Shown here in pieces: positions 41,001-50,400 of a DNA stretch of 64,000 nt. A program made the position numbers and the translations under genes. The notes beneath the pieces were generated by a model. It searched no databases and was not told the origin of the DNA. It saw only the letters and a list, made by a program, of their open reading frames with translations. Each line of letters begins with the position of its first letter. The first letter of the stretch is position 1. The stretch is from Pirellulales bacterium (GTDB taxonomy: Bacteria; Planctomycetota; Planctomycetia; Pirellulales; JACPPG01), in NCBI GenBank assembly GCA_036499395.1, contig DASYDW010000063.1, forward strand, positions 5,911 to 69,910, written 5' to 3'.

Positions 41001-44000
41001 TGAACTGATGCAGTTCCGTGGTCGTGGGCGCCGGAAGTTCGCCTGTGCCGACGTAGGCCACCAGCCGCTTTTCGCCCGATTCCTGTTCGCGCACGACAAC
41101 GACTGCTTCGCGGATTGCGGGGTGCGCGGTCAGCGCCGCTTCAATTTCTGGCAACTCGATGCGGAAACCGCGAACCTTGACTTGATCGTCGATTCGCCCC
41201 AGGAATTCCAGCTTGCCGTCAGCCCGGTAGCGAGCCAGGTCGCCCGTGCGGTACAGACGTCCGCCGGATCGACCGCTGAAACGATCGGGCAAGAACTTTT
41301 CAGCCGTCAGCTCGGGGCGATTCAGGTAGCCACGCGCCACGCCGACACCGCCGATATAGATCTCGCCGGGCATGCCATGCGGCACTGGTTCGAGGTGCCG
41401 ATCAAGCAAGTACACATTGACGTTGGCGAAGGGGCGGCCCAGGGCGGGCGCGCGTCCCTCGCCCGCATGGCATTCCCCTTCGGTTGCGCCTACCGTTGCT
41501 TCGGTGGGGCCGTAACCGTTGATCATTCTCCGGCCCGGCGCCCAACGATCGACCAATTTCGCTGAGCAGGCCTCGCCGGCGACGACCAACGTGCTCAAAT
41601 GTGGCAGAGGGGCGGCAGGCAATACCGACAAGACCGACGGTGGCAGGATGACAAACGTGATGCGATGATCGTCGAGCAACCGGACTAGATCAGGTCCTGG
41701 TATCAACGCGTCCTCGGGCGCCATGTATACCGATCCACCCACGGCTAACGTGGCAAAGATCTCCAGGACCGAGGCGTCGAAGTTGGGCGAAGCGAATTGC
41801 AATGTTCGACGTTCGCTGCCAGGACCGATCCATCGTGCGGCCACGGCCACGGCATTGCACACGCCACGGTGCTCGATGAGTGCACCCTTGGGCTGCCCGG
41901 TGGATCCGGAAGTGTAAATCACATAGGCCAGATTATTGGCAGTGGCCGTCCGTTGGGGATTCTCGGTCGACGCGGAGCAATCGCCTGCCGTTTCGTCGGC
42001 GAACACCATCCGGGTATTTTGCGCGGCGAAAACCGTGGCGAGTTCACGGGAGGTGACGACTACGTCGAGCTGTGCGTCGCGGAGGATCAGGTCGAGCCGC
42101 GCGGCGGGGTAATGTGGATCGAGCGGCACATAGGCGCCCCCCGCTTTGAGAATACCCAGCATGCCGGCCACTAGCTCGACCGATCGATTGAGGCAGATGC
42201 CGACCAAGACGTCGGGGCCGACACCCATCGTGCAGAGGCGATGCGCCAATCTGTTGGCCCGCTCGTTGAGCTGACGGTAAGTGAGCACCTGCTCTTGGAA
42301 ACAAAGGGCGACGGCATCGGGGTTTTCTTCCACCTTGCGCTCGAACAATTCATGAACGCACACGTCGTCGGCAAATCGGATCCGTTCGCCTGCTGCCGCG
42401 GCGAGCAGACGTTGGCGGTCATGCATACCTACCAGCGTGAGCTTCGAGATCGGATTGTCCGGTGCGGTGACCGCGGCGCCCAACAGCGTTTGGAAGGATT
42501 CGAGCAGGTGTTCGACGTTCTCCTGATCAAATAGATCCGTATTATATTCCAGCCCACCAACGAGTCGGCCGGCCTCTTGCCTGAGCGAGAGGGTAAGGTC
42601 ATGCCGCGCTGTGCCATTGTGAACTTCTTGGAAGGTCAAGTTCGGTCCGGTGAATTCGAGCGGCGCGTTCTGCAGGATGAGTGCCGCCTGGTAGAGCGGT
42701 GAGTGGCTCAGTACCCGCCGCGGCGCAAACGCCTCGACCAATCGCTCGAACGGAAGGTCCTGATGCTCGTACGCTTCCAGGGTGACCTGTCGTGTCCGTG
42801 CTAGCAGGTCGCGGAACGTCGGATCGCCTGACAGGTCGCCGCGCATCACAAGAGTGTTGACGAAAAAGCCGATCAGCCCTTCCACCTCTGGTCGGGTTCG
42901 ATGGGCAACGGCCGTGCCCACGCTGATGTCGGCTTGGCCCGTATAGCGCGAGAGAAGCGTCTGAAACGCCGCGAGCAGCGTCATATACAGCGTCGCCTGC
43001 TGCTCACGGCTAAACTGCTCCACCGCTTGCGACAGGGAGAGCGGTAGGCTCACGGGAAGGAGCGCGCCGTGAAACGTCTGCAGCGCCACACGCGGTCGAT
43101 CAGTCGGCATCGCGAGCACTGCAGGCCCGTCTTCCAGCTTGCCTCGCCAGTATTCGAACTGCGGGCTAAGCGCATCGTCGGTGCATGTTGTCCGCTGCCA
43201 GGCGGCGAAATCGGCGTATTGAATATCGAGGTCCGCCAGTGGTGATCGTTGACCGTTGGAAAAGGCCTCATAGATCAATAGAAGTTCGCGGAGAAAAACA
43301 CCCATCGACCAGCCATCGGAGATGATGTGGTGCATCGCCAACAGCAGCACGTGCTCGTCTGCCGTCAAATGCAGGTGCGTCACGTTCCACAGCGGGCCGG
43401 TCGCCAGGTCGAAGCGTTGCCGCGCCGCGGCCGATGAGATGCGCTCGACCTCGGCAGCGCGATTCATCGTGTCGAGTTCGCGTAAATCAAATTGCGCGAT
43501 CGGAACGGCGCCCAACGAGCTTACGCGTTGCTGCGGCAGTCCGCCCGCATCCACAAACGTCGTGCGAAGCGATGCATGGCGGCGAGCAATTTCCGCAAGG
43601 CTCTTTTCCAGCAGCGCCGTCTGCAGGTCGCCGCGGAAGCGCGCTGAAAGACAGAGGTTGTTTACCGGTACTTCCGGCAGCAATTGGTCGACAAACCACA
43701 ACCGCTGCTGCCCAAACGAGAGCGGCGAATCGTCCCGCTGATCGGCAGGGACGATCTTCGTAGGGCTTGCCGCGGAAGGGGTGGCGTAGTTCCGTTCAAC
43801 GACAGGGGCCAACTCGGCGACCGTGGGATGAGCAAACAACTCGCGCAGCGGCAGAGTGACGCCGCAAGCCGCCGAGACGCGCGACATGAGTTGCGTCGCC
43901 AGCAGTGAATGGCCACCGAAATCGAAGAAGTTGTCGTGGATTCCCAGGTCGTCCTGGCGAAGCACTTCGACCCAGATCTTCAGCAGCGTTCGCTCGGTAT

Positions 44001-45798
44001 CGGTGCGTGGGGGGACTGCTTCTCGCCCCTCGGCTCCGCCGCTGCTATTGTCGCACCGGCTGGCGTTCCATTGTGTCACGACCGCCAGATGGTCACTCAG
44101 ATAATCATCGCGGCAGGATCGGCGGCGGATCTTGCCGCTGGTCGTTTTACCGATGGTGCCGGCCTTGATCAGCACGATGGCTTCGACTGGCAGGTCGTGC
44201 TCAGCGAGTATTGCGCCACGTATCGACCTTACGATCTCGTTGAGATCGAGTTGCTTGGGACGGGTGACTTCCTGCACGACGACGAGCCGTTCTTGACCGT
44301 CGCGTTCCATCGAGAACGCCGCCCCGCCATCGATCTTTAAGGCCGGGTTGCAGGCCCAAATGGTGCGCTCGATGTCTTGCGGATAATAGTTCCGGCCACA
44401 GATGATAATCAGGTCCTTGAGTCGGCCGGTGACATACAGCTCGCCGGCATGCAAGAACCCCAAGTCGCCGGTGCGCAAAAACGGACCATCACCGGAGTCC
44501 GCCAGGCGAGCCGCGAACGTGCTCCGCGTCTCCTCGGGACGATTCCAATAGCCCTGCGCCACGCCGGGGCCGCGTACCCAGATTTCTCCTACGCGATCGG
44601 ATGCGGCGCGCGTGAGCGTTTGCGGATCGACGATCACGACCTCGGTTTCCTCGATCGCGGGACCACAGCTTGCCAGGGTTCGTGAATTCGATTTCCCATT
44701 CAAATTGGCAACGACCTGATTCTCCTCCAGATTCGTTGCACAAAAGTCACCGACGGTGTAGAGACTTTCGTGGTCTCCGCCAGTGACGCCCAAGGTGGCT
44801 TCGGCCAGCCCGTAACAGGGAACGAACGCCGTCGGGCGAAAGCCACAGGGGGCGAAGGTCTGAGTGAATCGCTCCAACGTGTCGCGACGAACCGGCTCGG
44901 CGCCATTGAGGATGACTGCCAGGCTGGTCAGATCGAGGGCTTTGATCTCCGCGGGCAGTACCGTTCGCGAGCAAAGATCGAAGGCAAAATTCGGGGCGCC
45001 GGTGATTGTGCCACGATAGCGGGAAATCGCCTCGAGCCACCGAATGGGCCGTTGCATGAAGTCTAGCGGCGACATGGAAATCGTCTGTCGGCCAGCATAC
45101 ATCGGCAGGAGCACGCCACCGATCAAACCAAAGTCGTGGTAGGCGGGCAGCCAAGTAACGCCAACGACGCCTTGGCTCTGGCCGCGGTCGATCTTCGCCA
45201 CGTTGTAGAGCAGGTTGGCGTGGCTCACCATCACACCGCGCGGCGTACCGGTTGAGCCGGAGGTGTATTGCAATAACCCCAGTGTCGTAGAGGTAATCGT
45301 CGGCGGCGTCCAATCGTCTTCGCACCCGACAGGGAGTGCGTCGGTGGCCAATATCATGCGAATCGAGGGACCGATCGTCACGAGTGCCTGGACCCAAGTC
45401 AGACTGTTCGCCGTGCCGAGCACCGCAACGGCCTGTGCGTCGTTGCACACGGCCTGCAGCCGGGGAAGCGTGCGATCCATGCGCAATGGATCAGGCGGAT
45501 AGAGCGGTACCGGTGTCACGCCGGCGTATAAGCAACCAAAGAATGCGGCAATGTAGTCAAGCCCTGGCGGATACAACAACAAGGCCCGGCCGCCGGTGGC
45601 GCCCGCGGCATTCAATCGCACCGCGATGCGGCGCGCGATCACGTCCAACTGACCGTAAGTGAGATTGAGCTCGTCTCGTTCGCCGTCAGTCAGGAACGTA
45701 TAAGCGATCTGATCCGCTTGGAGGTTTGCCCGGTAGCGGCACATTTCCAGAAACGTTTCCACTTCTGGAATCGGTAAGTCCCTCGATAACTCCGACAT
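38029..45798 (-). CDS. non-ribosomal peptide synthetase, single amino-acid module with lipo-initiation: FAAL-T-C-A-T-E-T*(degenerate)-TE
   Basis: One uninterrupted ORF. Domain motifs are listed in the domain features below. The ATG at 45798 (MSELSRD) is preferred; an alternative TTG lies at 45816. Confidence 0.93.
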   Translation of the reverse strand: MSELSRDLPIPEVETFLEMCRYRANLQADQIAYTFLTDGERDELNLTYGQLDVIARRIAVRLNAAGATGGRALLLYPPGLDYIAAFFGCLYAGVTPVPLYPPDPLRMDRTLPRLQAVCNDAQAVAVLGTANSLTWVQALVTIGPSIRMILATDALPVGCEDDWTPPTITSTTLGLLQYTSGSTGTPRGVMVSHANLLYNVAKIDRGQSQGVVGVTWLPAYHDFGLIGGVLLPMYAGRQTISMSPLDFMQRPIRWLEAISRYRGTITGAPNFAFDLCSRTVLPAEIKALDLTSLAVILNGAEPVRRDTLERFTQTFAPCGFRPTAFVPCYGLAEATLGVTGGDHESLYTVGDFCATNLEENQVVANLNGKSNSRTLASCGPAIEETEVVIVDPQTLTRAASDRVGEIWVRGPGVAQGYWNRPEETRSTFAARLADSGDGPFLRTGDLGFLHAGELYVTGRLKDLIIICGRNYYPQDIERTIWACNPALKIDGGAAFSMERDGQERLVVVQEVTRPKQLDLNEIVRSIRGAILAEHDLPVEAIVLIKAGTIGKTTSGKIRRRSCRDDYLSDHLAVVTQWNASRCDNSSGGAEGREAVPPRTDTERTLLKIWVEVLRQDDLGIHDNFFDFGGHSLLATQLMSRVSAACGVTLPLRELFAHPTVAELAPVVERNYATPSAASPTKIVPADQRDDSPLSFGQQRLWFVDQLLPEVPVNNLCLSARFRGDLQTALLEKSLAEIARRHASLRTTFVDAGGLPQQRVSSLGAVPIAQFDLRELDTMNRAAEVERISSAAARQRFDLATGPLWNVTHLHLTADEHVLLLAMHHIISDGWSMGVFLRELLLIYEAFSNGQRSPLADLDIQYADFAAWQRTTCTDDALSPQFEYWRGKLEDGPAVLAMPTDRPRVALQTFHGALLPVSLPLSLSQAVEQFSREQQATLYMTLLAAFQTLLSRYTGQADISVGTAVAHRTRPEVEGLIGFFVNTLVMRGDLSGDPTFRDLLARTRQVTLEAYEHQDLPFERLVEAFAPRRVLSHSPLYQAALILQNAPLEFTGPNLTFQEVHNGTARHDLTLSLRQEAGRLVGGLEYNTDLFDQENVEHLLESFQTLLGAAVTAPDNPISKLTLVGMHDRQRLLAAAAGERIRFADDVCVHELFERKVEENPDAVALCFQEQVLTYRQLNERANRLAHRLCTMGVGPDVLVGICLNRSVELVAGMLGILKAGGAYVPLDPHYPAARLDLILRDAQLDVVVTSRELATVFAAQNTRMVFADETAGDCSASTENPQRTATANNLAYVIYTSGSTGQPKGALIEHRGVCNAVAVAARWIGPGSERRTLQFASPNFDASVLEIFATLAVGGSVYMAPEDALIPGPDLVRLLDDHRITFVILPPSVLSVLPAAPLPHLSTLVVAGEACSAKLVDRWAPGRRMINGYGPTEATVGATEGECHAGEGRAPALGRPFANVNVYLLDRHLEPVPHGMPGEIYIGGVGVARGYLNRPELTAEKFLPDRFSGRSGGRLYRTGDLARYRADGKLEFLGRIDDQVKVRGFRIELPEIEAALTAHPAIREAVVVVREQESGEKRLVAYVGTGELPAPTTTELHQFIKSHLPDYMIPSTFVALPALPVSPNGKVDRNSLPGIDRSRPVLDQCYVAPSTDVEVTLADIWAGVIGLERVGIHDNFFELGGDSLLSMQVISRAARVGLRLTPRQLFEHQTVAEQATVAVPILATAAAQEAVVGPVPLTPIQHWFFEQRLAAPEHFNQAVMLEVDDRLEPSFLQASVEHLVAHHDALRLRFVREKNGWKQSNDASDKAELYCRVDLAGVPTSEEPNAIEAVATQLQASLNLAEGPLVRVCLIDLGPARPSRLLFVIHHLAVDAFSWRILLEDLHLIYQQLSRGEAPCLNAKTTSYQRWSERLIEYAQSALVREELDYWLRLAEAPFKHLPVDRLPVQGAASSTSSHTRNGHTQSGSNGHAYKGCEENSIASARTVSASLAVDETRRLLEDVSRAYRAPLNSILLTALSQAFQKWTGEDSLLVDLEGHGREDLFDDVDLSRTVGWFTSVFPVRLCLDQTTDVRRAVSSMEAQLRDIPRRGIGFGTLKYLCQDETVTTALATLPQPEIAFNYLGQVDQLANSGGRLRTASESVGSMRSSRQHRTHLLEINGVIVGGQLRFDWTYCEGLHQRETVERVIGAFLDALRNMIVDCASVASLREAALSRYVAPRNALEAELTDICQETLGLSPLGVEDNLVGLGDGQQSAHQCLAKFTARNDIVLLPSEMATATTIATMAAVVRAAAARHRGSPLVAIRRTGYRPPLFCVHPAGGSAFPYYALAHHLGADQPVYALESRGLARHEAFHETVEAMARDYIQAIRTIQPEGPYYLAGWSFGGLVAYEMARQLAHVREQVPLVVLIDSQAAQDNSQEEGDDAFAALMSMFPSVEQMLPDQIRALSRSEKLVLFGRQIEGAGLVQPGADRWEIERHYEVFEANCRAWLAFRPQSYQGPVALLKAEERPRDEVPTAASSWENHVTEDLRSRTVPGDHLTMMREPHVRTLAQRLRRQLARASKQFEIDGAPAMTPLSAKEARGIDPDLTMQS
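38137..38874 (-). other. NRPS domain: type I thioesterase
   Basis: PLFCVHPAGGSAFPY, GWSFGG nucleophile elbow (Ser codon 2386, 38659-38661), and a late GDHLTMM His region. Confidence 0.88.
38941..39162 (-). other. NRPS domain: degenerate carrier-like domain lacking the phosphopantetheine serine
   Basis: YVAPRNALEAELTDICQETLGLSPLGVEDNLVGLGDGQQSAHQCL aligns without gaps to the YVAPxxxxExxLxxIWxxxLGxxxxGxxDNFFxLGGDSLxAxQL consensus. The core GGDS is replaced by GDGQ (39046-39060). Confidence 0.7.
39202..40602 (-). other. NRPS domain: epimerization (E) domain
   Basis: PLTPIQHWFF, HHLAVDAFSWRIL (HH at 40198-40203), EGHGRE (39682-39699), RTVGWFTSVFPV. These motifs together separate E domains from ordinary C domains. 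The domain contains a Ser/Thr/His/Gly-rich low-complexity insert. Confidence 0.8.
40627..40854 (-). other. NRPS domain: peptidyl carrier protein 2
   Basis: IHDNFFELGGDSLLSMQV, with Ser codon 1689 (40750-40752). Confidence 0.88.
40909..42363 (-). other. NRPS domain: amino-acid adenylation domain
   Basis: LTYRQLNERANRLA, LAYVIYTSGSTGQPKG, FDASVLEIF, NGYGPTEATV, GEIYIGGVGVARGYLNRPELT, YRTGDLARY, KVRGFRIELPEIE, NGKVDR. Confidence 0.9.
42412..43734 (-). other. NRPS domain: condensation domain (probable starter/lipid-accepting C)
   Basis: SFGQQRLWFVDQL (C1) and MHHIISDGWS (C3; the HH pair is at 43327-43332). Confidence 0.85.
43771..43998 (-). other. NRPS domain: carrier protein 1 (acyl carrier)
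   Basis: IHDNFFDFGGHSLLATQL. The phosphopantetheine Ser is codon 637 counted from the TTG ORF start at 45816 (43906-43908). Confidence 0.85.
44032..45798 (-). other. NRPS domain: fatty acyl-AMP ligase (FAAL)-type adenylation domain
   Basis: TFLEMCRYRANLQADQIAYTFL opening, QYTSGSTGTPRGVMVSHANL, YGLAEATL, FLRTGDLGF, GKIRR. It is followed directly by a carrier domain, not a CoA-ligase context. Confidence 0.8.
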
Positions 45799-47491
45799 GC
45801 TCAGCCCTTTGCCCAATCTTCAATCGCATCGCGAAGCATTTAAAGGAAGGTCGCGATCCATGAAATACGACCGCCTGACGTCGACCGGGCGGTCTAATGA
45901 CCAGTGCCGGACGAGGTCGAATTTGCAGGCGACGTGCCTGAAACAGGCGTGCATTCAAGAAAGCGCAGTCCAACCCTATATGTTACTATTGTCTTTCCCC
46001 GTCTAGACATTAGTACAGTGGCTCCGCACCGCCTCCCAGGCTACCTTGCCGCAAAACGACCCTCAAGTAAAAACCCCAAGAGGCCAGGCGTTTCTGCGTG
46101 CTACACTGGTCCGATTTTGTCCCCTATTCCGGCCAGTTCGAAGGGATACCGTTCACTAATGGCGGTCCGGCATCCCGAAAAATGGCCACTCGAAGGGGAA
46201 ATACTTCTTCGATAAAAATGAGTTGAACAGCCCACTCAGTAGCCGGCGCTGAAATTGCACTAATCGAATCGGTGGGACCGCAGCGATGGGCGCCGGTCAG
46301 AAATTATCCATGCATACTGAGTGGTGCGCCACTGCCGCGAACTACTTCTCCGATTTGCTTCGGTCCGACACACCGACGCAGTGGTGCGAAAACAAAGTCC
46401 GGTATCCGCCCATCCGGCACAGTCGAAGCGCATGAATCGTTTCAGAAAACGACCAAATAACGAGACGAGTAAAGTACCAACGTCCGCCGTTATCGAATGC
46501 TGCAAACGGACAAGCGGTCCGGTTGTGCTCGGACGGCAATGACATCACCGGAACGAGCAGTTGCGGAAAGTTGTCATTTCTAAGACTGCTCCGTTTTAGG
46601 AACCTTTGATAGGACCCATTGGTGTGCTGCTGCGACTAAATTAGAGTTTCGCGTTCGCTCCGTTTCACCGCATTGACCCGAATGGGCGGTATTGGGGAAA
46701 AACGCGCGGCCGACCCGCCATACGCCAGGCGCTTCGAACGCTTCCTCGCCATTTCCACATACGCAGGCCGTACTTGATGCGATTTGCAATCTTCGCGCCC
46801 TTGACGATGCCGACGGCATCGGCGACGGATTTTTTGGTCAGACAGTGCCTCCGATTACATCCATCACAACAAGAGATCGGAACCTTCGGGCAAAGAAGGG
46901 CTGCTCGATGTGCGGATAATCGATGGTCTGCGACGCTCCTATCTTGGGTATCGCACGATCAAGCTGCAGCCCCTGGCCAGAGTGCAGCGTCCGTATCGCG
47001 GCTAGCCCATTAAGAGACGCCCTACGAGAAAGCCCGCGCCGGTGAAGGCCCCTCCTCCTTCGAAAAAGTTGGAACTGTAACGCAGCATCATGGCGGTCAC
47101 GAATCGGGCCGGAACGGCGCTGTTTGCATCCGCGGATTTGTTGCGGATGAATTTCCGTGGAAATGCCAGGAAGGCGATTGGTATTAGTTGCCGTGCGACT
47201 CGTCGTGTTTGCGAGTGAAAGTCGCTGACGGCCATGTTCTCTGGCTCTCATTTGTTCAAGGCAGATGGGGGGCTTATCGCCGGTGCGTCGCGCATTGCCC
47301 GCGCTATGTAGTTGCCGTCGTGACAAGTCCCCCCTATGTGCGACGAGTTGCGCGCAAATCCTGCGTTGTGACTTGTTTCTGCGCTGCGCGATGTTTACAA
47401 CGTGCGCCTACCAACTGCGCTACATCGAGTGCAAAGCCTGGCGAACAGTCTTCGCAGGTCTTGGTAACCGCGGCTTTCTAAGGGGGCATCC

Positions 47492-50400
47492 GTGGGTGAA
47501 AATTCTGGCTGGTCGTCCACCAACGTCTTGCTGCCCGGCGCGATTGCGCTGGCCTTGGCGATCACAAGCTACTTGACCTATGAGCCGACGCTGACATCCG
47601 TTCGACCGGCGGCACGTACGGTCCACGGGATTCCCCCGCCACCGACCCCGGATGGGATGGAGGCGTTCTATTCGCGATTGTGGGAAGACCCCCTGCTGAC
47701 CTCGTACAACAACCAGACAGCCAAAGGTGACGCGAACGCAAAGGATGACGCAAAACCGCAGCCGACTTATACAGCTGGTCCGGTGCCGTTGAACGAAGAC
47801 TGGGATGCGGCCTACAAGGACACCTTCACGAAGATTCTGAAGAAAAGTCACGGCAGCCTGCTATGCGTGCCCGTACTCGTTCCTGGCGGACCGTATGCGG
47901 ACGACGGCGAAGCGCGGATGCGAACCCGTTACGCGATCCAGATGGGGCTCGCCCGCGCGGGCTATGAGCTGGCCTTTCCGATGCAAATGAGCTACGTCGA
48001 CGTACCTGTGACCGTCGACATCGACGACGTCCCCGTACAAGTGTGTGCGAAACGATTTCGCGTTCCGGTGAAAATCTTTAGCTTTCGCTCGGAATCAAAG
48101 AAGGACAAAGGCAAGAATCAGCCTGACTTTGTCGTCGTCTTGTGGATTAACGAAGACGAAGCAGGTAGCCGGCTATTGAACGTGGTCGACCAGGTAGTCG
48201 CTGCGCTGTTCAGGCCAAAACGGCGCAGCGAAAGCGTGCGCGACCAGTTTCGCGCTGATCGCGAGTGGCGCGCGCGGATGAGCGTCCGCGTGATCGGGCC
48301 CTCCTCGTCCGACGGCCTGCGAAAAATCTACTTAGAGCAGCGCAGCACCCACCCGCATAAGACCGAGCCGCAGATCCCGCTCGCCGGCTTTCGCGACCCA
48401 AAGATTTATTCGCCGCGCGCCACGATTTCACACGATGAGCTGGAAGAGTTGGTAAACGAGCAACTCGCGATTCGGCAAGCGTCAAGCGGCAACAACGCCC
48501 GAGCCGAGATGAAGACGGCGACCTCGGTCGCTGTGTTTCCTCCCATCATTCGCACGATCGGCGATGACAACGTGCTGATCGAGGCGTTGATTGGCGAGCT
48601 AAAGCGGCGTAATCATTGGCTGCCGCCACCGGAATGCGACTGCAAAGTCGCACCAACGCAGCCGGACGACCATTATGGCGCGAAGAGGGAGCGAACCGGC
48701 GACAGGCAGAAGGGTGGGGCCATCGTGCTGGTCTCCGAGCAAGACACTCTCTATGGCCGGACATTTTCCAGGTTGCTCGATGACCGTCGTCCGGGCCACT
48801 CGCTCTACAGATACTCGTTCTTTCGCGGCCTCGACGGCGCGATACCCGGCGATCGAGCACCGGCGATCGAGTCCGAGCTACATAGCCTGTTGGATCGCGC
48901 GCAACATCCTGTGACAAGCCAAGACGGCGACAACGAGCCTCGCCCGACCGGCAAGGGACAAGCCGATTATCTGCGGCGGCTGGAATCGAAGTTAGTTGAT
49001 TTGGACGACCGAGAATGGGAACACGGCATCGCAGCCATTGGCGTTGTGGGCACTGACCAGTACGACAAGTTACTATTCCTGCGCGCGCTACGGCGACAAT
49101 TCCCGCGCGCCGTCTTCTTCACCACCGATCTCGACGCGGACTTCGCACATCCTAGCGAGCGTTTGACAACCCGCAACGTCGTCGTGGCATCGCATTTTGG
49201 CTTGCAGCTGAGTTCAGCGTTGCAGTGGGATGTACCGCCGTTTCGCGATTGCTACCAGACGTCGACTTTTTTCGCGGCCTTATTGGCGCTCGGCCCGAAA
49301 GCGGTCGATGATCTGCCGGAATCCGTGAAGAACAATCCGTGGGGCGAGCACGGAAACAGCACAGATGCGGAACACTTGAAACCATTGGTTTATGAAATCG
49401 GTCTGGACGGGCCGTACCAGTTGACGATCCCCCAAGGCCCGTACGAAACCGACGGCCAAACTCAGGTTCAGCCGGATAGCCCACGGAGCTTTTTGCCGTC
49501 GTCGCGCCGCTTGGCGGCATTGTTAATGGCGACCGTGTCGCTAGTAATGCTTCTGATCGTGAGCTTCACGTGGCCGCGTCGGCTGATTCGGTCAGAACGT
49601 ACCAAGAGCTTTGCGACATTTCTAGTCGCGCTCGGCGGGATGACGATTGGTTTTGTGACACTATTCTTGGTTCTATGGGCACTGGAGTTGTTTGATCATC
49701 ACCGTGACGACGGTGAGCCCTTTTCATGGAACCGGGGCATTAGTCTATGGCCGACGATCTTGATTCAACTCTTGGCGGGCGTGACGGCGTTTGTCTTGTT
49801 CTTGTCCAGTTGCAATGACCTGAAGAAGCTACGTAACCACTTCTGGAAATGGGCCAACCCGGTTCTCCCCAAGGACTCTAAGCCGCCAACATCTGGTCAG
49901 GCGTTTCGAAATATGTCGTGGCAGGAAAGGGCCGCCTATGTCTGGGACGACGTTCTGACGTTTAATTGGCATGCCCAGGCTGCTGACGAAATCTATTCTG
50001 CCCGCAAGCTGTGCGCCGAATACGTCGAACGATCGCAATGGTGGCATCGGATGCTGCGCGTCGTGCCACAGGTGGCGTTATTCGTGGCGTTTACGATCTG
50101 CTTGTTTCAAATTACCGCACTCCCCACACGTCCCTTTCGTGGCTGGCTGTGCTATCGGGCTTCTTCCATTGCAATTCTTGTGGCTTTGTTTTCACCGGTC
50201 GTACTATCCTTCTTCATGATCGACGCGATGCAACTGTGCCGGCGTTATATTCGCCTGTTGGAGCAGGCCACTCCCGACTGGCAGAACCGCGAGTTCAGCG
50301 ACCTGATGAAGGCCAGGGTATTTCCGTCAACTGGGGACGACCAACAGTCGGCGAATGCTGAACTCACGCCGAATGACGCCGAGCAAAAGCCGAGTGATGG

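Noticed and set aside
46333-46343. Third copy of TGCCGCGAACT (the 12-mer repeat of the 24.8-kb intergenic region, minus its last base) in the NRPS upstream spacer
   Set aside because: It is a single 11-mer with no nearby -24/-12 element, so it could be chance. It is mentioned only as context in the spacer finding.
47179-47191. TGGTATTAGTTGC upstream of the large membrane-protein gene, superficially sigma-54-like
   Set aside because: The GG-to-GC spacing is two nucleotides too short for a -24/-12 promoter.
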